Shown one piece after another: positions 1 to 9,640 of a stretch of DNA of 64,000 bases. A program made the position numbers and the translations under genes. This stretch comes from an uncultured Candidatus Binatia bacterium (lineage in GTDB: Bacteria; Desulfobacterota; Binatia; Bin18). A model generated the notes under the pieces. It was not told the origin of the DNA. It saw nothing but the letters and a program-made list of their open reading frames with translations, and made no database searches. Every line of letters begins with the position of its first letter. Position 1 is the first letter of the stretch. The stretch is taken from NCBI GenBank assembly GCA_965214605.1, contig OZ243961.1, positions 1,664,001-1,728,000 on the forward strand, read 5' to 3'.

Positions 1-6
1 GTTGCC

Positions 7-510
7 GTGCGCGGTTTGCTCTACTCCGATATGCTGAAATATCGCCCTGATCTGCTCGTCCAGGATAATCCGTTCAATCCCGGCGAGCAGGTTGTCGTGG
101 CCCAGCCGATCCGGCCCGATGTCGCCGTTTTCCACGCCCTGCAGGCCGACCGATGGGGCAATACAATTACGCCCGGTCCCCGGGACGATGTGATGCTGGC
201 CCGCGCCGCTCGGCGGGTGATCGTCACCACCGAGACCGTGGTCGACACCCCGCTCAGCCCAGGGGATGCTCCCCGGGATACCTTCCTGCCCGCCATTGAT
301 GTGGATGTCGTGGTTGAGGCGCCGCTGGGCGCCCACCCGTGCGGTCTAGGCCGGCTGTATGAACACGACCCGGACCACTGTCGGACCTATCTCATCGCGG
401 CCCAACACCAAGAACGGTTTCGAGCCTATCTCGAACACTACATTTTTGGTATCATGAGCCATGATGGCTACCTCAGCCGGGCAGACGAGACGCTCCGGGG
501 AAGAGCCTAG
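7..510 (+). CDS. CoA-transferase subunit A, C-terminal part (gene probably starts before the window)
   Basis: RPDVAVFHA..ADRWGN and VVEAPLGAHP motifs of GctA-like CoA-transferase A subunits; directly upstream of a B subunit. Confidence 0.8.
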   Translation: MRGLLYSDMLKYRPDLLVQDNPFNPGEQVVVAQPIRPDVAVFHALQADRWGNTITPGPRDDVMLARAARRVIVTTETVVDTPLSPGDAPRDTFLPAIDVDVVVEAPLGAHPCGLGRLYEHDPDHCRTYLIAAQHQERFRAYLEHYIFGIMSHDGYLSRADETLRGRA

Positions 511-513
511 CCC

Positions 514-1242
514 GTGTCGGCCTATACCCCACAAGAACTAATGGCCGTGCTCATCGCCCGTCAGGTTCGCGATGGAGAAACCGTAGCGGTTGGAGCGGTC
601 TCACCCATCCCGGCTGCCGGCTGTGTGTTGGCCGAACAGACTCATGCGCCCGACATCACCCTGATTATTCTTGACTGTGAGGAGTACTATCCGTTCTCCG
701 GCGGCAGCAGCGCGCTACACTTTCTGGCCCAGCGTGGAGAGTTAGACCTGTTTTTTCTCAGCGGGATACAGATCGACCAACACGCCAATGTGAATCTGCA
801 CGTCATTGGCGATTACTCCACGCCTAGTCTCCGCCTGGCCGGGGCGTATGGCTCGGCCATGTTGTACTACATGGCCCGCCGCGTCATCCTGTTTCGGACC
901 GAACATTCTCGGCGGAGTCTGGTTCACCACGTCGATTTTGTCACCAGCCCGGGCAGCACCCCGGCCTCGGTTCACCGCCAGGGCGGTCCGAGTCTGTTGA
1001 TTACGCCCAAGGCCGTGCTGGAGTGGCGGGCCGATGGCTGGGCGTGTCACAGCATTCACCCTGGCTACGGCGTCCAAGACCTCCGCGAAAACACCGGTTT
1101 TGACCTTGTCTTATCCCCTTCCCCACCAACCACCCCTCCCCCAAGCGAAGAGGAACTCTCGGTCCTGCGCACCGTTGTCCGGACCAAGCTCGCCCACAGC
1201 TACCCGGACTTTTTTGAGCAGAAAGTCCTGCTCGGGGGCTGA
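514..1242 (+). CDS. CoA-transferase subunit B (GctB-like)
   Basis: FFLSGIQIDQHANVN, LAGAYGS and VDFVTSPG motifs. Confidence 0.8.
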   Translation: MSAYTPQELMAVLIARQVRDGETVAVGAVSPIPAAGCVLAEQTHAPDITLIILDCEEYYPFSGGSSALHFLAQRGELDLFFLSGIQIDQHANVNLHVIGDYSTPSLRLAGAYGSAMLYYMARRVILFRTEHSRRSLVHHVDFVTSPGSTPASVHRQGGPSLLITPKAVLEWRADGWACHSIHPGYGVQDLRENTGFDLVLSPSPPTTPPPSEEELSVLRTVVRTKLAHSYPDFFEQKVLLGG

Positions 1243-1245
1243 GGG

Positions 1246-2418
1246 TTGACAATGAACGTTAGCCATCTCGCATGTGCCGCCTGTCAGCGCCACCACCCGC
1301 CCAACCAGCTCTATAACCTGTGCCACACGTGTCATAAGCCGCTCCTGGTCCACTATCGGCTCGACCGTGTCGCCCGCGCCCTCGACAAACACAGCCTGGC
1401 CAGTCGTCCAGCCAACCTGTGGCGTTACCGAGAGGTGTTGCCGGTTGAACACGCGGCAAACATCATCAGCCTTGGAGAGGGCTGGACACCGCTCATCCAT
1501 GCCCACCACCTGGGGCGCCGACTCGGACTCTCTCAGCTCTATATCAAAGACGAGGCGCTCAACCCGACCGCCTCGTTCAAGGCCCGAGGCATGAGCGCCG
1601 CGGTGTCAATGGCCAAAGAGCTCGGGGTCAAAAAACTGGTCGCGCCCTCGGCCGGCAACGCGGCCAGCGCCTTAGCCGCCTATGCGGCCCGAGCCAAGCT
1701 GGAAGCCCACATCTTTATGCCGCGCGACGCGCCGGCAACCAATCGCATTGAGTGCCAATACTACGGAGCCCGGATCACTCTGGTTGACGGCCTGATTACC
1801 GATTGCGGCCGTATTGTGGCCGAACGCAAAGACCGGGAGGGCTGGTTTGATGTCTCAACGCTCAAAGAGCCATACCGCCTTGAGGGCAAAAAAACGATGG
1901 GCTACGAATTGGCCGAGCAGTTCGACTGGCAGTTGCCCGAGGTGATTGTGTATCCAACCGGAGGCGGAACCGGGCTCATCGGCATGTGGAAGGCGTTTGA
2001 CGAACTGGAACAACTGGGCTGGATCGGTTCCGCCCGGCCGCGCATGGTCAGCGTCCAGGCCGAGGGCTGCGCACCGATTGCCCAGGCCTGGGCGGCCGGC
2101 GCCCGGACCGGAGCGCACATCCCACAGCCCTACACCGTCGCCGCGGGGCTGCGCGTGCCCAAGGCCATCGGCGACTTTATCGTGCTTGACATTCTGCGGG
2201 ACAGCGGTGGTAGTGCGGTCAGCGTCAGCGACGCGGCGATCCTCGCCGCGGCCCAGGAGTTGAGCGCGGCGGAAGGCATTTTCCCCGCCCCTGAAGCGGC
2301 CGCCTGCATACCAGCCCTCCGCATCCTCCTTGAACGCGGCGCACTCACACCCGACGAGCGGGTGGTCATGTTTAACACCGGTTCGGGCCTGAAGTACACG
2401 GAGCTGTGGCGGGACTGA
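1246..2418 (+). CDS. thrC: Threonine synthase (PLP-dependent)
   Basis: SLGEGWTPL, NPTASFKARG (PLP lysine), SAGNA, PTGGGTG, FNTGSGLKY. Confidence 0.9.
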   Translation: MTMNVSHLACAACQRHHPPNQLYNLCHTCHKPLLVHYRLDRVARALDKHSLASRPANLWRYREVLPVEHAANIISLGEGWTPLIHAHHLGRRLGLSQLYIKDEALNPTASFKARGMSAAVSMAKELGVKKLVAPSAGNAASALAAYAARAKLEAHIFMPRDAPATNRIECQYYGARITLVDGLITDCGRIVAERKDREGWFDVSTLKEPYRLEGKKTMGYELAEQFDWQLPEVIVYPTGGGTGLIGMWKAFDELEQLGWIGSARPRMVSVQAEGCAPIAQAWAAGARTGAHIPQPYTVAAGLRVPKAIGDFIVLDILRDSGGSAVSVSDAAILAAAQELSAAEGIFPAPEAAACIPALRILLERGALTPDERVVMFNTGSGLKYTELWRD

Positions 2419-2771
2419 GCGCCCTGCCGGCGTGTGTGATGAAATCCTCAGTCGATGCGGGTCGGCAATCCGGCCGTGAACATTCCGGAGGCCGTGCTAG
2501 TCAAGCCTGGCGGTGTGGTAAAGCCGGGTCAGGGCCCTGCCCGTCTCAATTCCGAGGTCGCCTCGACCTCGGAGTCGACTTAGTATGACCCCGGTCGTAC
2601 TTAATCCCCCCACGTCGGTCTTCCTGCCGCTCATCCCATGTCCCGGAAGCCGAGGCCGGGGTTCGGCCCTACACACCGATCAGCGGCTCCCAGCCGGCTC
2701 CCAGGCAGACCGTCGATTGGGTCCTTGATGCGTCTGACGGTTCCTTCGGCGTCCGCTTCACCCTTCCTAAA

Positions 2772-2945
2772 ATGAAGGCAGGATACAACGGCAACGACAT
2801 CGTGGAGCGCAAGAACCACAAGCCGCAGCCGTGGCGGTGTCGCACTTGCCGCTACGATTTTTCCGTGAAAGTGGGCACGGTAATGCACAGTTCCAAGTTC
2901 CCGTTACGGGACTGGCTGGCGGCGCTGTGGATAGTCGCCAAACAG
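2772..2945 (+). mobile_element. IS1595-family transposase N-terminal remnant
   Basis: WRCRTCRYDFSVKVGTVMHSSKFPLRDWLAALW matches the IS1595 zinc-ribbon region; no catalytic domain follows. Confidence 0.7.
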
Positions 2946-2974
2946 CCGAATGGACAATTTCGGCCTCCATTTCC

Positions 2975-3160
2975 TTTTTAAACAGCTCCGGCCGACCACT
3001 GCCAGTCATCGGAACTCGTCCTGGTAGTAGTCCATACATGCCCGTGAGAGAATTTTTCGAGCGCGCTTATGGATCTCGTCAAAGACGACTCGCAAAGGAC
3101 GGCCGGGGGCGCGGCTTTCTTTTGCCAGGAAAGCAGGGGCGGTGAGGAATTTTCCGCTGG
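2975..3160 (-). pseudogene. AAA_14/DUF4143-type ATPase fragment, frameshifted
   Basis: VVFDEIHK, DYYQDEFR and TGSGRPELFKK lie in different frames. Confidence 0.55.
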
Positions 3161-3405
3161 TGGGGAAAGGATATCCCGATTGAGACAGGTCCCCTGTCCG
3201 AACCGGCATTGATCATGGCGGGGCCAAAGTCGTTTTTCCCACCTGAAGCGGCCCGCCGACAAAGGCCATTTTGTGGAAGTCAGGAATAATCGTTCAGACC
3301 GGGGACAGGACGCTCAACCATGCCCCTCCTTCTTAGACTGAAGTCAAAAAAGTCATGGCTTTCTTTCAGATAGACTCGAAAATGTACGTCATCCGGGGAC
3401 AGAGA

Positions 3406-5091
3406 TCACTGTTCCACATTGGCTCGCAACACCCGGCCCGCCAGCGGCCCGGTCTGCTCTCCCTCAGAGAACAGCACTTGACCGTTCAGGATAGTGTGGA
3501 TAATGCCGCTCGACTTTTCAATGTAGCGGAGTCCCCCGCCCGGAAAATCGTGGACTGCCTCCTGTTTGCCGCAGTTGACGGTGGCCGGGTCAAAGATCAC
3601 GATATCGGCGATATTGCCCGGCCGCAGGCTGCCCCGCAACGGCACGCCAAAGACGCCGGCCGGAACTGCGGTGAGCTTGTGGATGGCGTCTTCGAGCGAC
3701 AGCATCTGTTTGTCACGTACCAGCGTACCCAGCAGATAGGTCGAGTACCCAGCCTCGCAGCGCATGTCGGCATGGGCTCCGCCGTCAGACAGGCCGACCA
3801 GGGTATGCGGATGGGTCAGCATGTCGGGATTGACCTCACCAAACTCGTACAAGAACTGCATGTCCAGGTCGTCTTTGAGAGCCAGATCGAGAAACAGGTC
3901 AAGCGGGTCCTGTCCCCGCTCGGCACTCAGGCCGGCCAGGCTCTTGTCCAATAGGGCTTGCAGCTCCGGCCTGCCGACCGTAAACACGCTGACCTGCTCC
4001 CACTGTCCGGTAAAAAGACGCGGCTGTTTCAGCTCTTCTCGAAACGCGGCCCGAAAGGCGGGGTCGGCACACATGCGTTTCTGCTCGTGCAGGGGTTGGT
4101 CAAAGATCGGCTTCCAGCAGTCAAAATTACCAAAAATGAACGGCCGCCGGAGACTAAAGCGTGCGCTCTTGTAGTGACATGGAACCTGGCCCAAGGGCAG
4201 ATAGCCGCGGTCAAACAGCGGCACCACGCGGTGCAAGGCCGCTTTCCAGGCATCGGGCGCGGCTTCGGGTTTTTGCAGCACGCCGAGCCAGGTCACAGGG
4301 CGTTCACTGTGGCGCAGCAAAAAGGTCAGCAACTCATACTCGTCGTCCGACAGGCTGCCCGGACTGCGCGTCAGGGCAATCTCAATGCTGCCCCGGCCCA
4401 AGTCCTTGAGAATTCCGGACAGGGCGCTCAGCTCAGCGCGACTCGCTAGGCGACACGGCAGCGGCCGACCCTGAAAGCCCAAATGCTGGGGCAACACAGT
4501 GGTCGAAAAGCCAAACGCGCCAGCCTCCATGGCCGCCCGGAACAGGGCTTGTATCTGCTCGAGTTCGTCCCGATTGGCGGCCCGCTCCTTGCTCTCCTCG
4601 CCCAGCACGAATTGGCGCAGAGGCGAGAGCGGAACCATCATGCCGACATTCATGCCCAGCCCCTGGTCGCCAATCGCGTCTAGATACCCGCCAAAGGTCT
4701 GCCAGGTCCAGTTCACCCCGCGCCGCAGCACGTCAATCGACATGCCTTCGACATTGACTAGGTCGCCAACCAGGGCTTCGCGGTCGATCGGCTTACACGG
4801 GGCCAGCCCGACTCCGCAGTTGCCCATAATGATTGACGTCACCCCGTGCCACGACGAGCAGGTGGCCAGCGGGTCCCACAGAATCTGGGCGTCATAATGG
4901 GTGTGGTGGTCAATAAAACCGGGACAGACGACGAGGCCGGCGGCATCGATGACCCGGGTCGCCTCGGTTGGGGCGATATGGGGTTCAACCGCGCCAATCC
5001 GGTCGGCACGGACAGCAACGTCAGCCACCCGGCGGTTCCGGCCGGTCCCGTCAATGACTGTTCCGCCTTTGAGTAAAAGATCGTAGGACAT
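3406..5091 (-). CDS. N-acyl-D-amino-acid deacylase-like amidohydrolase
   Basis: PGFIDHHTHYD, GNCGVG, SDGGAH, GSLRPGNIADIVIFD. Confidence 0.88.
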   Translation of the reverse strand: MSYDLLLKGGTVIDGTGRNRRVADVAVRADRIGAVEPHIAPTEATRVIDAAGLVVCPGFIDHHTHYDAQILWDPLATCSSWHGVTSIIMGNCGVGLAPCKPIDREALVGDLVNVEGMSIDVLRRGVNWTWQTFGGYLDAIGDQGLGMNVGMMVPLSPLRQFVLGEESKERAANRDELEQIQALFRAAMEAGAFGFSTTVLPQHLGFQGRPLPCRLASRAELSALSGILKDLGRGSIEIALTRSPGSLSDDEYELLTFLLRHSERPVTWLGVLQKPEAAPDAWKAALHRVVPLFDRGYLPLGQVPCHYKSARFSLRRPFIFGNFDCWKPIFDQPLHEQKRMCADPAFRAAFREELKQPRLFTGQWEQVSVFTVGRPELQALLDKSLAGLSAERGQDPLDLFLDLALKDDLDMQFLYEFGEVNPDMLTHPHTLVGLSDGGAHADMRCEAGYSTYLLGTLVRDKQMLSLEDAIHKLTAVPAGVFGVPLRGSLRPGNIADIVIFDPATVNCGKQEAVHDFPGGGLRYIEKSSGIIHTILNGQVLFSEGEQTGPLAGRVLRANVEQ

Positions 5092-5122
5092 TGTTTATTC
5101 CTCTCCGGGCAGTGGACGCGCG

Positions 5123-5512
5123 TCATTTGTCCAAGACCGCAATCGCATCAATTTCAATTAGGGCATCGGGCCGCAGCAGCTCTTTGACCACAATACCGGT
5201 TGCGGCCGGAAAGCCGTTCTTGAAATACTCGCGGCGTACCTCGGCCGTGCCCTTGTAGCCCCGTTTGGTGGTGATGTAGTCAACCGTCTTAACAATATCA
5301 TCCATGCTGCCGCCGGCCTCGGCCATTAGAGCCGTAATTTTCTCAAAGATATGGCGAGTTTGGGCCACAATATCGCCCGGCCCAACAATATTGCCCCGAT
5401 CATCGGTTGCTGTCAGACCAGAGAGAAACAACAGATTGCCCTTGCGGACCGCCGGAGAAAAGGTATAGCGCTCGGTAAACGCCCAGGGGTCGATAACTTC
5501 GAGTTCTGGCAT
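5123..5512 (-). CDS. RidA/YjgF family protein
   Basis: FSPAVRKGNLLFLSG, RREYF, PAAT, LIEIDAIA. Confidence 0.9.
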   Translation of the reverse strand: MPELEVIDPWAFTERYTFSPAVRKGNLLFLSGLTATDDRGNIVGPGDIVAQTRHIFEKITALMAEAGGSMDDIVKTVDYITTKRGYKGTAEVRREYFKNGFPAATGIVVKELLRPDALIEIDAIAVLDK

Positions 5513-5574
5513 GACTCCGCCTTTCTGGCTTAGCCGGCCCGACCGCTTGCAGGGCCGGTTTTTCCGTGACCATC

Positions 5575-6735
5575 CTACAACCTAGGCGGTTTTTCAAGCG
5601 GGGAGACCTCAGCGGCCTGGGGTTCTGCCATAGAGTGAGGTCGGACACCTGGAAAGCCGTTGGCCAGATACAGAGTCGAGGTCGGAAAGGCGATCTCGGC
5701 CCCGTGATCTTCAATAATGGCGAGAATGCGCAGCAACACGTCTTGCTTGACCCGATGAAAGGTGGCCCAGTCAGTCGTTTTGGTAAAGGTATAGACAAAG
5801 AAGTCCAAGGACGATGGGGCAAAGGTGGTGAAATTGACCATCATCAGCGCCTGCGTTTCGATATCAGGATGGCTGCGCAGCATGTGTTCAACATCCGACA
5901 AAATATCCGCCATTTTATCGGCATCGTCGTAGCGAAGACCAATTGTCTCGTAGATACGACGATTGTGCATGCGGGACGGATTTTCGAGAGCGATGGTGGT
6001 GAAGAGCGCATTTGGGACATACAGCGGTCGTTTGTCAAAGGTCCGAATCAGGGTCAGCCGCCAGCCGATCCGTTCGACCGTTCCCTCAATGTCTCTGTCG
6101 GGTGAGCGAATCCAGTCGCCGACCGAAAACGGACGGTCGAGGTAGATCATCAGGCCACCAAAAAAGTTGGCCAGCAAATCCTTGGCCGCAAAACCGACCG
6201 CCAGGCCACCGATGCCGCCAAAGGCCAACACCCCCGAGACGCTAAGGCCCAGGGTCTGGAGCGTCACCAGGGTGGCTGCGACAAAGACGGACACCCGCAG
6301 GAGCTTGGCAATCGCGTCGAACGTGGCCCGGTCATACGGTTCGCCGGCCTCTTGGCTCTGGGCGATAAGATACTCCTCTAAGAGCGTGATCAGCCGAGCT
6401 AAAAACCAGGTAAAGGCGGCGATGATGCCGAGGTCCCGCAGGGGGACAAGGATTTCGGCCAGAGCGGTGTTGGTGAGACTCACATCGAGTGCAAACCCCA
6501 GGCCGACCACCCATATGATTAGACTGAACGGCCTGCGCAGCGCTTGAACAACCGCATTGTCCCAAGGCGCCGATGTTTTTTCGAGTCGCGCCTGCAGGTG
6601 GCTCAGCACGAGGCGCTGGATGAAATCGACGAGCCCGGTCAGGACGACGAGCAGCAGCCCCGCCTGCCAGGAGTCCATCCCGTTCGCCTCGGACAGGACT
6701 TGGGCCGAGTCCCACAGCTGGGTCAGAGTGTTCAT
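5575..6735 (-). CDS. MscS family mechanosensitive channel
   Basis: GLAVGFAAKDLLANFFGG, PFSVGDWI, IAFPT; start set at ATG 6735 to avoid overlap with the upstream gene. Confidence 0.9.
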   Translation of the reverse strand: MNTLTQLWDSAQVLSEANGMDSWQAGLLLVVLTGLVDFIQRLVLSHLQARLEKTSAPWDNAVVQALRRPFSLIIWVVGLGFALDVSLTNTALAEILVPLRDLGIIAAFTWFLARLITLLEEYLIAQSQEAGEPYDRATFDAIAKLLRVSVFVAATLVTLQTLGLSVSGVLAFGGIGGLAVGFAAKDLLANFFGGLMIYLDRPFSVGDWIRSPDRDIEGTVERIGWRLTLIRTFDKRPLYVPNALFTTIALENPSRMHNRRIYETIGLRYDDADKMADILSDVEHMLRSHPDIETQALMMVNFTTFAPSSLDFFVYTFTKTTDWATFHRVKQDVLLRILAIIEDHGAEIAFPTSTLYLANGFPGVRPHSMAEPQAAEVSPLEKPPRL

Positions 6736-6769
6736 GGCGTCATAAGCACTATTCGCAGGTCCCCCCCAA

Positions 6770-7852
6770 TTATCGCAGCAGCGGTATGACCTGCTGACTA
6801 AAGCGCTGCAGCATCTCGGCGTCCTGTTGGTACGGAAACATGGCGATAAAATAGTCAAACCCGAGCTGCCGAAATCCGTGCAGGGTTTCGGCTATCTGCT
6901 CAGGCGTGCCTGCGGTGCGTATCTTGCGGCCGGCTCTAATGATGTCGGCCGTGCCCAGGGCTTTTTCCAGCTCCGCCCCTCGGGTTCTGAGTTCCGCCTC
7001 GGTGTCGACCACACAACACAGGAGGAACAGAGATTTTTCAATCGCGGCATAGTCTCGCCCGACCGCATCACAGTGACGGCGGAGGACGTCGAGCTTTTTA
7101 CGCATCGCCTCAACCGGCACCCCAGGCATGGCATTCCAGCCGTCGGCGTGACGCGCGACCATGCGCAGCAGCTTTTTCTCACCCATACCGCCAATCCAGG
7201 TCTTGAGCGGCTGCTGGACCGGCTTGGGCGCACACACTGCCCGATCAAGCTGATAGTATTTGCCCTGAAATGACGAACGTTGCTGGGTCCATAACATTTT
7301 CATGAGCTGGACGGCTTCTTCGAGCTGGGCTAGTCGGGTCCCAATTGGCGGAAACGGAATGCCGTAGGCTCTATACTCCATCTCCTTCCAGCCCGCGCCA
7401 ATACCAAACTCCAGGCGGCCGTTGCTCAGATGGTCGAAACTGGCCGCGACCTTGGCCAGCACACTTGGCAGGCGGTAGGAGTTGCAGGTAACCAAGGTGC
7501 CTAAACGCAAACGGCGAGTAACGGGGGCCAGGGCGGTCAGCAGGGTCCAGGCGTCCATACAGTTACGCTGTTCGGACTGCGCGTCCCAAAACAGATGGTC
7601 GGACACCCACATGGCGTCAAAACCAAGCCGCTCGGCGTCTTTGGCCAAGCCCGCAACCTCGTCGTACGAGAATCCAAACTGCGGTTCGATCTGAATCCCA
7701 AAGCGTGCCATAGACCGATCCTTTCTTGTTTGCCGTGCCTGCGTGTGGCCGGTCGGCCAGCCGGACGCGGTAAGCGCAGCGGCGCCCAGGCCGCCGAGAA
7801 ACCGGCGACGGCTGAAGGGCTGGCCGCGGTCATGTTTTTTGTCGGCACTCAT
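6770..7852 (-). CDS. LLM-class (probably F420-dependent) oxidoreductase with a Tat-like N-terminal extension
   Basis: GFDAMWVSDH, LGTLVTCNSYR, GRLEFGIGAGW; SRRRFL motif upstream; alternative start at 7711. Confidence 0.85.
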   Translation of the reverse strand: MSADKKHDRGQPFSRRRFLGGLGAAALTASGWPTGHTQARQTRKDRSMARFGIQIEPQFGFSYDEVAGLAKDAERLGFDAMWVSDHLFWDAQSEQRNCMDAWTLLTALAPVTRRLRLGTLVTCNSYRLPSVLAKVAASFDHLSNGRLEFGIGAGWKEMEYRAYGIPFPPIGTRLAQLEEAVQLMKMLWTQQRSSFQGKYYQLDRAVCAPKPVQQPLKTWIGGMGEKKLLRMVARHADGWNAMPGVPVEAMRKKLDVLRRHCDAVGRDYAAIEKSLFLLCCVVDTEAELRTRGAELEKALGTADIIRAGRKIRTAGTPEQIAETLHGFRQLGFDYFIAMFPYQQDAEMLQRFSQQVIPLLR

Positions 7853-7957
7853 CCCGGGCTGGCATTATAGCCTATTTCCCAGCCCTTCTCAGCATCCTTG
7901 TTGACCGAGCTCCAAATGCGTATAGTGCTGCAATACTTCAGTGTTACGGATACCGGC

Positions 7958-9640
7958 ATGGAAAAAGACAGCCGTCGTAGACGCCACCGGGGGGCCGGCG
8001 CCAGAGCCAAAGGCCGAGCAGTCGATCCCCAGGCTTTGGCCCAGGTCCAAAGCCTGCTCGGCGATGAACCCCGACGGCGCGATCTGCTGATTGAGCATCT
8101 CCATAAAATTCAGGACCACTATGGCCATCTGTCCGCGGCCCATCTCGTCGCCTTGGCCGCCGAGATGAAGCTGGCGCCGGTCGAGGTCTACGAGGTCGCC
8201 AGCTTTTATCATCACTTCGATGTAGTCAAAGAAAACGAGACGCCGCCACCGGCCTTGACCGTCCGGGTGTGTGATTCGGTCAGCTGTGAGCTGGCCGGTG
8301 CGCAAACGCTGATGACATCCTTGCAACACGCCCTTGGCGGGACCGTCCGGGTGCAGCGGGTGCCGTGTGTTGGCCGGTGTGACACTGCCCCGGCCGTTAT
8401 TGTCGGTCAGAATCCGGTCGCTCAGGCCACTCTGGACAAGGTGCAGCAGGCCGTCGCTCAAAGGGCTACGTCCTGCCCTGCCCCGGCGACGGTCATCAAT
8501 TACCAGGCGTATAAGAAAGACGGCGGTTACCGGCTCTTGCAAGCCTGTGTGCAGGACGAGCGTGAGGTCGACTCTGTGCTCCAAGCCCTGGAAGACGCCG
8601 GGCTGCGCGGCCTCGGCGGGGCGGGTTTTCCGGCCGGCCGCAAGTGGCGCATTGTCCGCAGCTACCCCGCCCCCCGGCTGTTGGCTGTCAATATTGACGA
8701 GGGCGAACCGGGCACGTTTAAGGATCGCTACTATATGGAACGTGACCCGCACCGCTTTTTGGAAGGGATGCTGGTTGCCTGCTGGGCGGTCGGCATTGAG
8801 GAAGTCTACATTTACATCCGCGACGAATACCCGGCCTGCATCCAGGTCATCAAGGACAGCATCGCCGCCCTGCGGGCCGACCCGCCCGTCCCCCTGCCCC
8901 GGATTCATGTGCGACGCGGAGCAGGAGCCTACATCTGCGGTGAAGAGTCGGGCATGATCGAATCCATTGAGGGGAAGCGCGGCATGCCACGGCTGCGGCC
9001 ACCGTACGTGGCCGAGGTCGGGCTCTTTGGACGACCGACCTTGGAACATAATTTCGAGACGCTGTTTTGGGTGCGTGAGATCATCGAAAAAGGGCCGACC
9101 TGGTTTGCCGGCCAGGGTCGTAACGGCCGCAAGGGGCTACGTTCCTTCTCGGTCAGCGGCCGGGTCAGCAAACCCGGTGTTCACCTAGCACCGGCCGGCA
9201 TCACCCTGCGCGAGCTGATCGCCGACTATTGCGGCGGTATGCTGCCCGGCCATGAGTTGTACGGCTATTTCCCCGGCGGGGCCTCGGGCGGTATGCTGCC
9301 GGCCTCGCTGGCCGACGAACCCCTCGATTTCGACACCCTCCAGCCCCACGGCTGCTTTATCGGGTCGGCCGCAATTATCGTCCTGTCGGATAAAGACAGT
9401 GCCAAAGCCGCAGCCCTCAACGCGATGCGTTTCTTTTCCCACGAGTCGTGCGGCAAGTGTACGCCCTGCCGGGTCGGCACGGCAAAAGCGACCAGACTGA
9501 TGGAGCAGGACAGCTGGGACACCGATCTGCTCGAAGCACTCGCCCGGGTGATGGGCGATGCGTCTATCTGCGGGCTGGGCCAGGCCGCCCCTAACCCCCT
9601 GCGGAGCGTGATCAAATACTTTCCCCAGGAGCTTTCCTAA
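7958..9640 (+). CDS. NAD-dependent formate dehydrogenase flavoprotein subunit (NuoE-NuoF-like fusion)
   Basis: CDSVSC and CVGRC 2Fe-2S motifs, GLRGLGGAGFP, DEGEPG, GAYICGEE, ESCGKCTPC. Confidence 0.9.
   Translation: MEKDSRRRRHRGAGARAKGRAVDPQALAQVQSLLGDEPRRRDLLIEHLHKIQDHYGHLSAAHLVALAAEMKLAPVEVYEVASFYHHFDVVKENETPPPALTVRVCDSVSCELAGAQTLMTSLQHALGGTVRVQRVPCVGRCDTAPAVIVGQNPVAQATLDKVQQAVAQRATSCPAPATVINYQAYKKDGGYRLLQACVQDEREVDSVLQALEDAGLRGLGGAGFPAGRKWRIVRSYPAPRLLAVNIDEGEPGTFKDRYYMERDPHRFLEGMLVACWAVGIEEVYIYIRDEYPACIQVIKDSIAALRADPPVPLPRIHVRRGAGAYICGEESGMIESIEGKRGMPRLRPPYVAEVGLFGRPTLEHNFETLFWVREIIEKGPTWFAGQGRNGRKGLRSFSVSGRVSKPGVHLAPAGITLRELIADYCGGMLPGHELYGYFPGGASGGMLPASLADEPLDFDTLQPHGCFIGSAAIIVLSDKDSAKAAALNAMRFFSHESCGKCTPCRVGTAKATRLMEQDSWDTDLLEALARVMGDASICGLGQAAPNPLRSVIKYFPQELS

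Noticed and set aside
7889-9049. 386-aa minus-strand ORF
   Set aside because: Antisense shadow of the conserved FDH flavoprotein gene in GC-rich DNA
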